Shown here: piece by piece, positions 25,185 to 36,714 of the stretch | How positions within the stretch are numbered: the first letter of the stretch is position 1 | Layout of the letters: the number at the start of each line of letters is the position of its first letter | Origin: Isurus oxyrinchus | Lineage: Eukaryota | Reading direction: 5' to 3' | Assembly (NCBI GenBank): GCA_026770705.1 | Contig: JANJGN010000002.1 | Coordinates: forward strand, 222,580,001 to 222,644,000 | DNA: 64,000 nt | Notes under the pieces: model-generated | What the model was told of the DNA's origin: nothing | Database searches by the model: none | Seen by the model: the letters and a program-made list of their open reading frames with translations, nothing else | Program-made: the position numbers and the translations under genes

Positions 25185-25283
25185 AGTTCTGCTGAAGGGT
25201 CATGAGGACTCGAAACGTCAACTCTTTTCTTTTCCGCCGATGCTGCCAGACCTGTTGAGTTTTTCCAGGTAATTCTGTTTTTG
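25185..25283 (+). mobile_element. Young-subfamily Penelope pLTR fragment beginning at its hammerhead
   Basis: agtt-CTGCTGA-a-gggtc/atgag/gactc-GAAA-cg-TC-aact (25185-25223), then a tail nearly identical to 28588-28677. Confidence 0.85.
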
Positions 25284-25284
25284 T

Positions 25285-25425
25285 AATCTGTTTAATTGGC
25301 TGCCCGCTTCCGGGCAGCAGATGGTTTCCACCCCTAAGAATGTTCCTCCCCAATGCCTTCCGCAACATTTTGTGAGGTCTTCCATCTCTCAGCCCATCCT
25401 CAGAGGGGCTGATAAAATCCAGCCC
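25285..25425 (-). mobile_element. Terminal fragment of a Harbinger-type MITE (family C)
   Basis: Ends aaaatccagccc. Its reverse complement gggctggattttatcagcccctctgaggatgggctg resembles 54753-54790. Confidence 0.55.
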
Positions 25426-26549
25426 AATATATACATTGATAGAGGGCTAACAATGAGACAATGAATACTTTAGTAAAAGGTTTATAACAAGCTTGTGAAA
25501 TACAAGGCTATAATTCAATCAAGTGATACTAATTACCTCACAAACCACAAGAATAATGCTTGAGCAGTTTATAATTTCCAGCAGAACTGCCAGACTGAAT
25601 TAATACCTTAATCCCATATGGCATCTATTTGTTATTGTTGATAATGTATGAGATGTTATTATATCAGTGTAAAAATAGTTGCTATTTAGTTTTCTTACAT
25701 TTTTTTCAGTGATTCTTTTTATGAAGTAAATAGGGAAAACTACGTCCATTGGTTAGCTTCCACTTTTAATAATTCATTCCCGCTGAAAAATAATGGTTAG
25801 CTGGATATAGTCTTCACAGGTGACTGTGGTATAATCGCAGCAAAAGTGGGTGCTCTTCGCCCCCAATAACTTCAGGAATCCACATGGAACACTAACTCTA
25901 AATGACTTTAAATTCCACATAGATGAAACAAATTTCAATCGATCTGGAACTGTCCTCAGTTTTTTTTTAATACAATGTAAAGATTTATTGATTTTACAGA
26001 CAACAAAGAGCTCTTGATCAAGAACAGTAATTAAACCAAAATCTGAGTGAAGCTGAATACTTCACACCGAAAATGCTCCTCTTACAGCAGTGGCGCCACT
26101 ATTTAGTAATGGGTTTAATTTCATTTTTGCTTAACGTAATGGCAAAAATTTTCATCGGCGCTATTGTAATGCAAGTGTTAACCCATTTTGTGCAACCATG
26201 AGGATGAACTGGCGAAAAATAGCGCAAGGGGTCCCAAAATGTTCGAAGGGTCAAAATCATGCTGTGGATTGGGGTGGAGGGGGGACATTTATTGAACTAT
26301 CGTAAAGTAGTTCTATTGAACTGAAATCACAAGGTGCATCAGTCATAGCACTTGCTTTAATATAAGGGCACTGAGTTATTCAAATAAGTAGGTAACCCCT
26401 TCACTAAAATAATGGGTATAAAAATTCATACAAATTCATTCTCACCATTATTACTAATATTGTGACTTCAATATTAATATGCTCATTTTGTTTATGTTGT
26501 TTCAAATAAATCTCTCTGTCTTTTCTGTCTATCTTCCTCACACACACAG

Positions 26550-27168
26550 GACCTGGATTATTCCTATGGCGGGCAGGCTGGGTAGGAGCGGGCAGGGGCA
26601 GGCGCAGAGATGAACGCTGCCGCAATCTTTGTGCCGCCATTTTACGCTGCCAATTAAGGCCCGCCTAGCGTAACGTGCAGCCGGCAATGCTCAGAGCTAC
26701 CTGTGTGGGCAGGGGGAGGAGGGAGAGGCGGGGCCCAAGGCAGAGAGCTGCCTCAGGGAGGCTGAATAGATAATAGAAGAGTTTAACAAATGATGTAAAA
26801 ATTTATTTAAACATGTCCCCACATGAGTTGGGACATGTTTGGAAAGGTAGGAAAATTAATTTATTGATTTAATAAAAACTTCAGGAGACCTCACCCCGCC
26901 CGTGGATGAGGTTTTCTGAAAAATGTGAAGGCCGCTTGGGCTTTCTGGCTGCTGGCCAACCTTAAGGCTGGACGGGCAGTGTTCTTAACTGGTTTAATTA
27001 CTTTCCTATGGCCTTAATAGGTCATTGACATTTCAGCAGGTGCGCAGCCAACTGTGACGCGCGGCCAACGAACAGAATATCGCCTTGGCACATGATGAAG
27101 TCGGGATGAACGCCTGATGTCATCGTGCGTCATTTTACGCATCAGCCTGTCGGGCCCGCCCCCGCATG
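26550..27168. mobile_element. Harbinger-type MITE family A, running into the assembly gap
   Basis: gccgccattttacg..aattaaggcccgcc..ccaaccttaaggctggacgggcag..cgtcattttacgc, colinear with 57331-58014. Left flank CAG. Confidence 0.85.
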
Positions 27169-27298
27169 NNNNNNNNNNNNNNNNNNNNNNNNNNNNNNNN
27201 NNNNNNNNNNNNNNNNNNNNNNNNNNNNNNNNNNNNNNNNNNNNNNNNNNNNNNNNNNNNNNNNNNNNNNNNNNNNNNNNNNNNNNNNNNNNNNNNNN
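27169..27298. other. Assembly gap (130 N)
   Basis: Run of n characters. Confidence 1.
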
Positions 27299-27304
27299 CG
27301 TAAT

Positions 27305-27620
27305 TAACTCCCCACCCTCTGGTATATCTATGCTCTGCTAAGTTTGCCCTCTTATGCATTCCCAATTATAATTCCATCATTGCTAGCTGTGCTTTCAGTT
27401 GCCTAGACCCCAAGCTCTGAAATTCCATTCCTACACCTCTACCCCACATCTCTACCCCACTTTCCTCCTTTAACACACTTTTTTGAACCTACCTCTTTGA
27501 CCAAGCTATTGGTCACCTGACATAATATCTACTGTGTGGCTTGTTGTCCTATTTATTCTATAATGCTCCTGTGAAGTACCTTGGGATGTTTTATTATGTT
27601 ATAGATGTTATATAATTGTA
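27305..27620 (+). mobile_element. L2 LINE 3' fragment
   Basis: ccatcattgctagctgtgctttcag..aagctctgaaattcc..acctacctctttgaccaagc..gctcctgtgaagtaccttgggatgttttattatgtt. Confidence 0.75.
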
Positions 27621-28282
27621 AGTACTTGTAGTAGCCAAAGCCCCCTAGAACATGCATAAGTGTGCTACAGTTTCTTTGTCCTGTCAATGTAGGAGTACCT
27701 ACTGGAGATATAAGACCAAACATTATCTGCTTTATGAATGTGAAATCATTGCCAAATAAATCCCTCCTGAGCATGAGTGGGAATATTTTTATAAGTGTGT
27801 TTGAAATGGATTATAGATTGCGACGACCTTTGACCCAGAAGCAGTCACAAGTGAATGCTTGTGACTGTGTAAGATATATCTTTGTTGTATCGACTACTTA
27901 AAGGAAAATTTGCACTTTCTTTAAAATGTCTGTGGAATCCGTAATTGTTTTTAGGACTGCTTGAAAAGGAGTTTTAAGAGTTTGCATCAATTGAAAAGAG
28001 ACTAATTGAATATCCCTTGGACAATAAAAAATAGTGGCCCATGTGACCTGGCAACTCTTGACCTGAAAGCAGTATCAACAGGAAGGAAGTAAAAAGAAAC
28101 CGTGCGGCTGACAGACACAAAGGAAAAATGGAGGACGTAAAGGAGAGCTACAAGCAAAGGAACTGTACGGTGAAGGCAATCAGTGCACAGATGCAGACAC
28201 AAAAGAAAGCAGACAATTACAGAAAAGAGAACAGAGAATTCTCATGGGCAGAAGAAAATCACTCTCAAGAAGAGGTCTCTTT

Positions 28283-28388
28283 GCCTCTGAAGAAAAGTCA
28301 TACAGACTCGAAATGTTAACACTGTTTCTCTCTCCACAAATGCTGCCAGACCTGCTGAGTTTTCCCAGCATTTTCTGTTTTTATTTCA
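28283..28388 (+). mobile_element. Penelope pLTR fragment with hammerhead motif
   Basis: ctCTGAAGA-a-aagtc/ataca/gactc-GAAA-tg-TT-aac followed by the pLTR tail. Confidence 0.8.
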
Positions 28389-28460
28389 GGTTTTCTGATG
28401 CCAGGAAAGAGGACAGGGGCTCTTGGAGGTACCATGTAAGCTGGCTAATAAGATCTAAAA

Positions 28461-28677
28461 ACAAAGAAAACTGCGGATGCTGGAAATCCAAAACAAAAAC
28501 AGAATTACCTGGAAAAACTCAGCAGGTCTGGCAGCATCGGCGGAGAAGAAAAGAGTTGACGTTTCGAGTCCTCATGACCCTTCGACAGAAGGGTCATGAG
28601 GACTCGAAACGTCAACTCTTTTCTTCTCCGCCGATGCTGCCAGACCTGCTAAGTTTTTCCAGGTAATTCTGTTTTTG
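28461..28677. mobile_element. Young palindromic (inverted) Penelope pLTR insertion
   Basis: Perfect 15-bp TSD taataagatctaaaa (28446-28460 / 28678-28692). Arms 28494-28583 and 28588-28677 (90 bp, 1 mismatch), loop gaca. Confidence 0.92.
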
Positions 28678-30407
28678 TAATAAGATCTAAAACCTTGTGA
28701 ATGGCTTGGAGACGTTAAAGAGCTGAGTGTTTTCCCAGAAGTGACCAAATAGTGAACCAAGGTGCTCATGGTATAGGACTCCTGACCTACCCTGTGTGAA
28801 TAAAGAATAGCATATTGTGGAACTGTGTAGCTACATGGTGCCAAATTTGTGTGGGGAGAGATGTGAATGCTTGTGACTGCGTAAGATATATCTTTGTTGT
28901 ATCGACTACTTAAAGTGAAATTTACCTTTTTATTTGAAATATCATTTGCCTGTTAATTCACATTTAATTTGTGTTGGTTCTGATTCGTGTTAAAGTAAAA
29001 GCTACAAAAGGTGAAATCCTGTTGTTAATTTCTTCATTTCAGGGTCATTCAGTAAGTTTGGTTATTTTGGTGCATGGTTCCCCCACAGGGATCATAACAA
29101 GTTGTCATTTGACTACATCTCTATTACAATGTAATAATGTAACTTTACTCCCTTTGCAAATAGCACGCTCACACAAAACATTTCTGCGAGGAAATTAGTT
29201 CATTTATGAGGTTCAGCTCTGTGGAAAGTTGTCCTCTAGAATACATCAGTAGGGGGAATGGAAAACACGATGCTTCAAGATCTAAGCTAAATGAAAGATT
29301 AAATGCCATCAGCCCCTCAGGTAGATGTATCCTTCAGGCACCAGCTACATGCATGCTGAAAACCCTGTAATGAACCTTCAAACTGGAACTGAATTCAGGT
29401 AGTCAGTGGGAAGCAGAAGGAAAAAAAAAACATGATGACCTGAACTTAATCAGAAAGGCTATTTAACAGTATTTGGAAAGCATGCTATTTACACGCCACA
29501 GTCTGCCCAATTATTTCATCCTGTCCCGAATAGAGTGCATGAAGAAGGCACAAGCACAGTCACTCTAAAGGTTACAAAAAGGCCCTGAAAGATAACGTGT
29601 GCTTGTCTTAAATTCCTTTCTGATATGTCAACCTGTTTAAATAGTTTAAGATTCTGCAGGCGTAGCTGAGGAGGTAATTTCAGATGAAGGATTAGAATGC
29701 TAGCAACCCATGGTGTTATTTTACCGCAAATATTACATGACTCTAAGCACTCAGAAAAGAATATTTTTATTTGTAAACGTTTCCCCAGTATGCTGCTGAC
29801 AGGGAGCCTTTATACAGATAAGCAGATTGGGAAGACAAGACAAGACAGCATCTCTGGAGAGAAACAGAAGGTGGAATTTAATCTTGGTGACGGAGGTCTT
29901 GACCGTCAAGATTTGAACCATGAGATAGTTGGAGAGGGAAGGCAATGAATAGATTAGAAGAGCAACCATCTGGTACCACAAGTAATTTTAGTTTCATTGA
30001 CCTACAAGGTGTACACAAGCACTGTGGACAGTCGAATCTCCTGGTTCCTACTTAGCAGTGGCCCTGCAGTAAACCTGACACTTTCATTGACACTATTATC
30101 TTCGCAAGAAACCATCATTGTCTTGACAAATGATTCACTTCTATTCAAATTTTACTTTCCATCAGAAATTCATTGTTGGTGCAACGCTTCTTCATTAAAA
30201 AATTACATATAATAAAAAAGAAAAATAACATCATCACCAGGCAAGCCAAAACAACAGTCACAAGTTTCACCATCATCTTCACAAACACGCTGATATCACT
30301 ATTTCACAGAAGACACATTAAAAGCTGATGAAGAAAGTAAACTGAAACAATGAGCAATGTAAAATCCTGTGTCACCACAGTGCAGTTATCATCTTAATCA
30401 CACAACA

Positions 30408-30600
30408 TTAGATGTACAGCACGTCTACCTTTTAAACATACAGGAGCTTGACATTTTAAATGTACAGTGGGCCCACCTTTTAAACATAGAACAGATCCAC
30501 ATCATTAAATGCGTAGCAGCTCCACAACATCAAATGTACGTCAGATTCACATTAGACATACAGCAGCTCCCCTTTTTGAACATACAGCAGGTTCACGCTG
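30408..30600. repeat. Degenerate ~24-bp minisatellite (~8 units, consensus ttaaatgtacagcagctccacctt)
   Basis: Units ttagatgtacagcacgtctacctt, ttaaacatacaggagcttgacatt, ttaaatgtacagtgggcccacctt, and so on. One outlier unit near 30750. Confidence 0.75.
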
Positions 30601-31649
30601 CTCGATGCTGAAGCTCCAGGTTCACCCAGTGGGAAGGCTCCTCGTCCCCCTGTCCCTTCTGGAGATGAGAAGCTGATACCATCTGGATTGTATCACAGTC
30701 CCAGGTACCCCAGCTTCATAACTTTAAAATATACATCCAATTCACAATGTTAAATGTACAAGCAGTCCACCTATTGGCCTGGTGATAGATTGTCTCCAAC
30801 CTGGGAGTGAGTAGGGTTGGAGGCCAGGGATCTGGGTCCTGTCCTGATGCTGGGGCCAGGGTTACTGGGCTTGGGCCGATCCTGGGGTTCGGCACTGGGG
30901 GTGTGGGGCCTGTCTGGGCTCAAAGACATGTTGTAGAAATTCACCGCCCTGGGCCCATACGGAGGAGTTTGCAACTGTTTCAAGACTGTGCTGCAACATA
31001 CCCAGCTCTGATTTCCTGTACTTACGCTAGTGACCTGGTGTCTCAACAGGGTTCAGGCAGTTGGGAAGCGGTGGAGGCAGAGGCCAAGGCTGAAGGCTGA
31101 CCTGGCCAAACTCATCATATTATTCATCACCAAGGCAGGCTCAGATCCTATCTGCTGAGTGCCCCGACTCTCTGGCATACACTGCCACTTGGCTCATCAA
31201 GGCTTCAACAGAGCCTCCTACATGAGGTATAATGTTTCTAATTATTCATACCCTCCTGTGCCAGATGTTATTGCTTTTTTACCCCCTAAATTTAATTCTT
31301 CATTTTTAAAAAAGGTCTAGTGTCTTGAAGTAAAATCAGTGACTAAAGAAAATGGGATCATAGTTGCCTAGGCTCAAGTCTCAAGAACCTCTTTCCTCTG
31401 TCTTTCTACTTCTCTCTGCTCCTTTAAGACATTCTTAAAACCTAGCTCTTTGACATTAATGAAGAAGATGTGCTTTTATCACAACACCTTCATGGTCACA
31501 ATTACTGAGACTAGCTTGCAACTCCATGTTTGATGAATTGAATTTAAATTCCACCAGCTGCTATGGTAGGATTTGAACCCATGCCCCCAGAGAATTAGCC
31601 CTGGACCTCTGGCTTACTAGTGACATTGCCATCACATCACTACTTCCCC

Positions 31650-32700
31650 TTTTATAACCTCGGACTTTCTCAAAATGCTTTAAAACCAGTGAAGTACTTG
31701 ACATTCTGTCAGTGGTTGTAATGTAGGAAACACAGAAGCAAAATTACACACAGCAATGTCTCACAAAAAATAACCAAATACCTTTGATAAAAACAAAATA
31801 CTGTGGATGCTGGAAATCCGAAATAAAAACAAAAAATGCTGGAAAAACTCAGCAGATCTGGCAGCATCTGCCGAAAGAGAGAAAGAGTTAACATTTTGAG
31901 TCCATATGTCTCTCCTTCAGCACTAAAGAGAAGTAGAAATGTACCTTTATCCATTTTTTCATCCAATGTTTTTATTTTTTATTTTTTTTAATTTTATTTA
32001 TTTATTTATTTATTCATTTTTAAAATATATTCTTTATCCTTCTCCTCAAACCCCCCCGCCCCCTCCTCCCCATAGGGTTATCTGTCATTTGTTTCTATGT
32101 TGTGCTTTCACGGACCACTGACCCTTGTTTGGCTATTAACACATTTTGCTCTCTTACCTTTATGCCACTATCAGCACCTTCTTTATTCTTTAATGCTACC
32201 ATTAACACTCCCTTTGTCTAGTGTCCATGACATTTTTATCAATCTCTCCTAAGCTCCCACCTATCCCTGACCTTCTATTTTGCTCCAGCTGCTCCACCCC
32301 CTCTTAAACAATATAAAACCCATCACACTTCTATATCTCTTTAGCTCTGAAGAAGAGTTACATGGACTTGAGACGTTAATTCTGTTTCTCTCCCCACAGA
32401 TGCTGTCAGACCTGCTGAGTTTTCCCAGCATTTTTTGTTTTGATACTAAAGTATCCTTGTTTGGTGATGTTGATTGAAGGATAAATATTGGCCAGGACAC
32501 CTGGAGAATGCTGTTGCTCTTCCTTAAAATAGTGCCATGGGATCTTACATATTCACCTGAAGGACAATGGAGCTTTTGTTTAACATGTCATTCAAAAGAT
32601 AAAACCACCAACAGGGCATCACACCCTCAATATTGTACTGGGTTGTTGACTAGGCTTTGCACTTGGGTTTCTGGAGTGGGTCATGAACCCACAGCCTTGG
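31650..32700 (-). mobile_element. DeuSINE split by a Penelope insertion
   Basis: Tail part 31650-31785. Core ggataaatattggccaggacacc..aatagtgccatgggatctt at 32460-32700. Confidence 0.7.
31788..32442 (+). mobile_element. Penelope 3' fragment with an inverted pLTR piece (31788-31940) and a decayed hammerhead (~32343-32382)
   Basis: Homologous to 19440-19819; ctCTGAAGAagagttacatggacttGAGAcgtt. Flanks aaatacctttg / aagtatccttg resemble a degraded TSD. Confidence 0.85.
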
Positions 32701-33217
32701 AGCATTTCACTATATTAAAGGCACTATAGTAATGCAAATTGTTGTGGTTGTTGACTCAAAGCTGAGAGTGTCACTGTGCCAAAGCTGAAGGGTGAAGTAT
32801 GAGGTCTTATTATTGGAGGCTTTATTGTATTATGTAAATTATTAAAACATATGGATAAGGAAAACCTGAGCAGTATTTCCAGGTAAGACATTAAAACAAG
32901 AGAAATTGGTGAAAGGTCAATTTGGCACTGATGTCAGGGACAATTTTTTCATGCTAAGAATGACCACCAATTGAACTGATCTTTTCAGTACAGTCTCCTT
33001 CTTCAGTTCTCTGTCTGACGTTGGTCTGACCCACAGTGCGATAAGCCCCTGCCAGAATGGGAATTGAACCCTGTGCTGTTGGCACCCATCTGATCCACAT
33101 TGGCCATCCAGCTATCTGGCCCTGCAAGGAGCCTGGGTTGCTATGGCAACATAAACTTTTATAAAGGCAGGGATGCTACCCACTGTGCAACGGGACTTCC
33201 CCCATGTAGTAGTGGAG

Positions 33218-34193
33218 TGTCATGGGAAGTACAGGCATGAAAATATCATGAATTTTAAAACTATATTTTTAAAAAGTGAACACAAAAGTTATTAAGATGC
33301 CTGTAGCATACCATGTGAATCTTGGTATTTGAACTGTAGACAGTAGAGTCTGTGGTCAATACCTGATATAATATGGTCCAAAACCTACAATGGGGTTTGC
33401 AGACAGCTCATCTCCATGTTTTACCAGGGGTATTGAAACAAAATTGGATATTATAGCAATGTGGAATGGATTCCATCAACCTTTCATTATATAGTGATGG
33501 CCCATCATCCAAACATTTGGCTGTCTCAAACTCTCAAAGTGTGAAAAGCCACAACACAGGATGTTTATCGGCCTAACACATCACCTCATTTGGAAAAGGA
33601 CTTTGGACTTGTAACAGGTCACATAGGTTTTAAAGCCATGTTTGTTGCCTGATTTTAAAACAGCAAGAATTGACTCCACAAAGACAGAGTTGCTAGCAGA
33701 AAGCCATTGAAACCAGCTGCAGTGAAGTGAACAGTCAATGTAATAAACAGCAATACCTTGACTGTGGGGGAAGGACTCGCTCTAACTTTTCACCTGAGGA
33801 CCAACCTGCTGGCAATGTAACTGCAGGAAGCCTCGATGCTCACTGAAAATCCTCTGCTTTTCAAGGCCCCTGCCAAAGCATCAACTCATTTAAGAAACCT
33901 CAGGTCTGCTACAAAAGAGATTGAAATAATCCCAGGTTGTAACTATTTATTTTTATTATTCATCCCTATCTAATCTTTATATGAATGATTGTGTGTGAGA
34001 CAGCATGTTTTTAAACCACCAGAGCAAGTGTGGGATAATAAATAACCTTCCTTATTTTAAAACATACAAAAAGCTTGCTGCTGGAATTATTTAAATTGGG
34101 ACAGCCTCTCTGAGGGTAAGAAAACACACACACCTCACATACAAATACTTTGATCAAAGACAATATTAAAACACATAAATTCTGTTTGTTACA
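33218..34193 (+). mobile_element. Candidate solo LTR inserted in an old CR1 tail
   Basis: tgtcatg...tgttaca ends, flanks ggag/gtag (4 bp, 1 mismatch), AATAAA at ~34036. CR1-like sequence on both sides. Confidence 0.55.
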
Positions 34194-34429
34194 GTAGTCA
34201 AAAGCTTTGGATTAGTTCGAGGTCCATTTAGATGCTATGATGGGAATAAGGAATGGATGAGCTGAGACAGGCCAAAAATGTTCTCCCATTCATATTTAGC
34301 ACTTTATTTCCTAACTCTATCTTCTCCCTGACCTCAGACATTGTCTATCGGTTTTATATTTCCTTTCTTGTTGCAAATTTCCATTCTTTTCTTCTGCACT
34401 TTTTTTTCTGTTTTTGTACCAATGGAAGT

Positions 34430-34900
34430 TCACCAAACTAACTCCTGGGAAGGAAGGATTCTCCTATGAGGAAATATGAAATAGACCGGATCTTTATTTT
34501 CTGGAGGTTAGAAGAATGAGAGGTGATCTCATTCAAATATACAGCATTCTTTCAGGTCTTGACAGGGTAGATGCAGGAAGGATGTTTCCTATGGCTGGGG
34601 GAGTCTAGAACCAGGGGACACAGTCTCAGGTTAAGGGGAAGGCCATTTAGGCTGAGATAAGAAGGAATTTCTTCACTCAGAAGATGGTGAATCTTTGTAA
34701 TTCTCTACCCCAGAGGGCTGAGGAGACTCAGTCATTGAGTATGTTCAAGACTGAGATCGATAGATTTCTACATATTAAGGGATATGGGGATAGTAAAATT
34801 AAATGACATTGAAGTAGAAGACCAGACATTATCTCGAATGACAGAGCAGGTTCGAAGGGCTGAATGGCCTACTCTTGCTCCTATTCCTTGTGTTCTTATG
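34430..34900 (+). mobile_element. CR1 LINE 3' fragment
   Basis: agaagaatgagaggtgatctcatt..gagtctagaaccagggg..ctgaatggcctactcttgctcctatt, homologous to 14640-15040. Confidence 0.9.
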
Positions 34901-36079
34901 TCAGTTCAACGTGAAACCCATGTAAGTTCAGATACTTAGAATAATTTTAACTTAACTCTCCAGGCGAGAAACCATAGGACTGGGTTTACGCCATTCCTAA
35001 TATTACCCTCAATTGACTTCAAAGGAGGGTAAAATTGACAATAGTGTAGAACCAGTGTTGCACCTGATTCTGATAGTTTCCTGATGTATGGTTTAGGTTA
35101 AAATTGGCCCTACGAAGCTTAATACCCGCACACCATTTTAGCCCCATCTTGGATAATTGAGATTTAATTGTGATATTAAAATAGCACTTAAAGAAAGGAA
35201 TTATACATAACCACGTGAACCAGAGCCACATTAGTTAAATTAAAGGAGAATTCTTACCTTCAGGATATTTTAAATCCTTTGTCAATTAGCAGGTGGAGCG
35301 AGCTGGAGTGCACACATTCCTCTTGTGTTAAGAGCGCTGAAATAGAAAATGTGCCCTTCATTGTCACAATGTGCCATTAAACACTGATGCTCAGGAACTT
35401 CATATCTACCAGGAATGGGCACTCACTCTTGTGTATGTGTCAAGGCAGAGGTGATCACTGGGAGCATGAATTAATATGGAAGTCTCAAAAGATCCAGAAC
35501 TATCAGATAACTGACTTAATCAGTGCATTTTCTGATGATAGACAATTATTAAAAGACTAGCCTCAGTGAAGTCACTGTTATGAAAGTGATTGTCAATAAT
35601 AAATTCAATTGTTTCAAAGGGAATGCACATAATAATTATCTGTTGTAGGGGAACTGTTGATAGAAAATCTGTGTTACGGGGGGCTAGTTAATAAGTGTAT
35701 CTGTTGTAAAGTTGGTCACTCTTTGTAAGGTCTGTTATAATGGTTCTGTCCAATGGTTGTGTCCATTATGTATCCTTCAATGAGGGGTGGGATGAAGGAC
35801 TTTGGAGGCAATGTAAGCTTGTCAGAGTCTTATTAAGCACTGTAATAACAATAAGAAGAAGAATATGTGGTTGTAAGATGACATATGCATTAAGAGCACA
35901 ACAAGTAGCTAATAAATTTGTCATTTCACCTCAGTCTTCAGTAATTTATTTAGGTTATGTTCCCACAGGTGCATGTTGTATTGTTCACTTATCATCCCAG
36001 GCAGTTGAATCATAATCTAAATTTAAAAAAAAACCCTAGACTGCTATAGCAATCCTAGAACCTATTGAGGGTGAATAGT

Positions 36080-36256
36080 GAAAAACAGAGTTAATGTTTT
36101 GAGTTCGTATGACTCTTCTTCAACTCTGAAGAAGAGTCATACAGGCTTGAAATGTTAACCCTGTTTCTCTCTCCACAAATGTTGCCAGATCTGCTGAGTT
36201 TATCCAGCATTTTCTGGTCTGAGTTTAGATTTCCAGCATCCTCAGTATTTTGCTTA
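36080..36256. mobile_element. Penelope pLTR with a short inverted arm centred on the hammerhead
   Basis: TSD tgagggtgaatagt (36066-36079) / tgtgggtgaatagt (36257-36270). atgactcttcttca-actc-tgaagaagagtcat palindrome centre. Confidence 0.88.
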
Positions 36257-36714
36257 TGTGGGTGAATAGTACTTTAATTGTGAGTTAATATGATCAAGTA
36301 AAGTTTTTTTCTATGCATGAGTATGCATTTTTTCAGAGTACATTCTAAGCTCTCCTGTTTGTTCAATTGGTAAGAACAGCATCGAGTGTGGACCTGAGGC
36401 AAACAGAGCAGGAAGGTGTTATATTTACTGATTCACTATGAGCATCACAATGGCTTCTACCATTCCTGAGTTAGAAAGGGAAATAATATCAGTCAGAGCT
36501 CCTGCTATTGATCTGTATCCAGCAATCCTACAGGTAGCAAAAAGATATCAGTTGAGGACAAGATCACGTTGAATTGTGAAACCCAATCAGTTGAATATCC
36601 TGCCATCATTCATTGCCAAAGTTTACCTTTATAGAATGGTCACAGAGGTGAGGTGCCAGTGGTTGCAAATCTCATTGGAACTGTATCGCAGCCCTACACA
36701 GTTGAAGGTCAGAG

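Larger units (their letters stand above)
27627..29099 (+). mobile_element. Candidate solo LTR hosting two Penelope fragments
   Basis: tg...gggatcataaca ends, interrupts the L2 tail, non-coding. No clean TSD. Confidence 0.5.

Noticed and set aside
27117-27365. ORFs spanning X runs
   Set aside because: Artefacts of the N gap.
30408-30600. CRISPR-like array
   Set aside because: Contiguous degenerate units without unique spacers, no cas genes, eukaryotic context.
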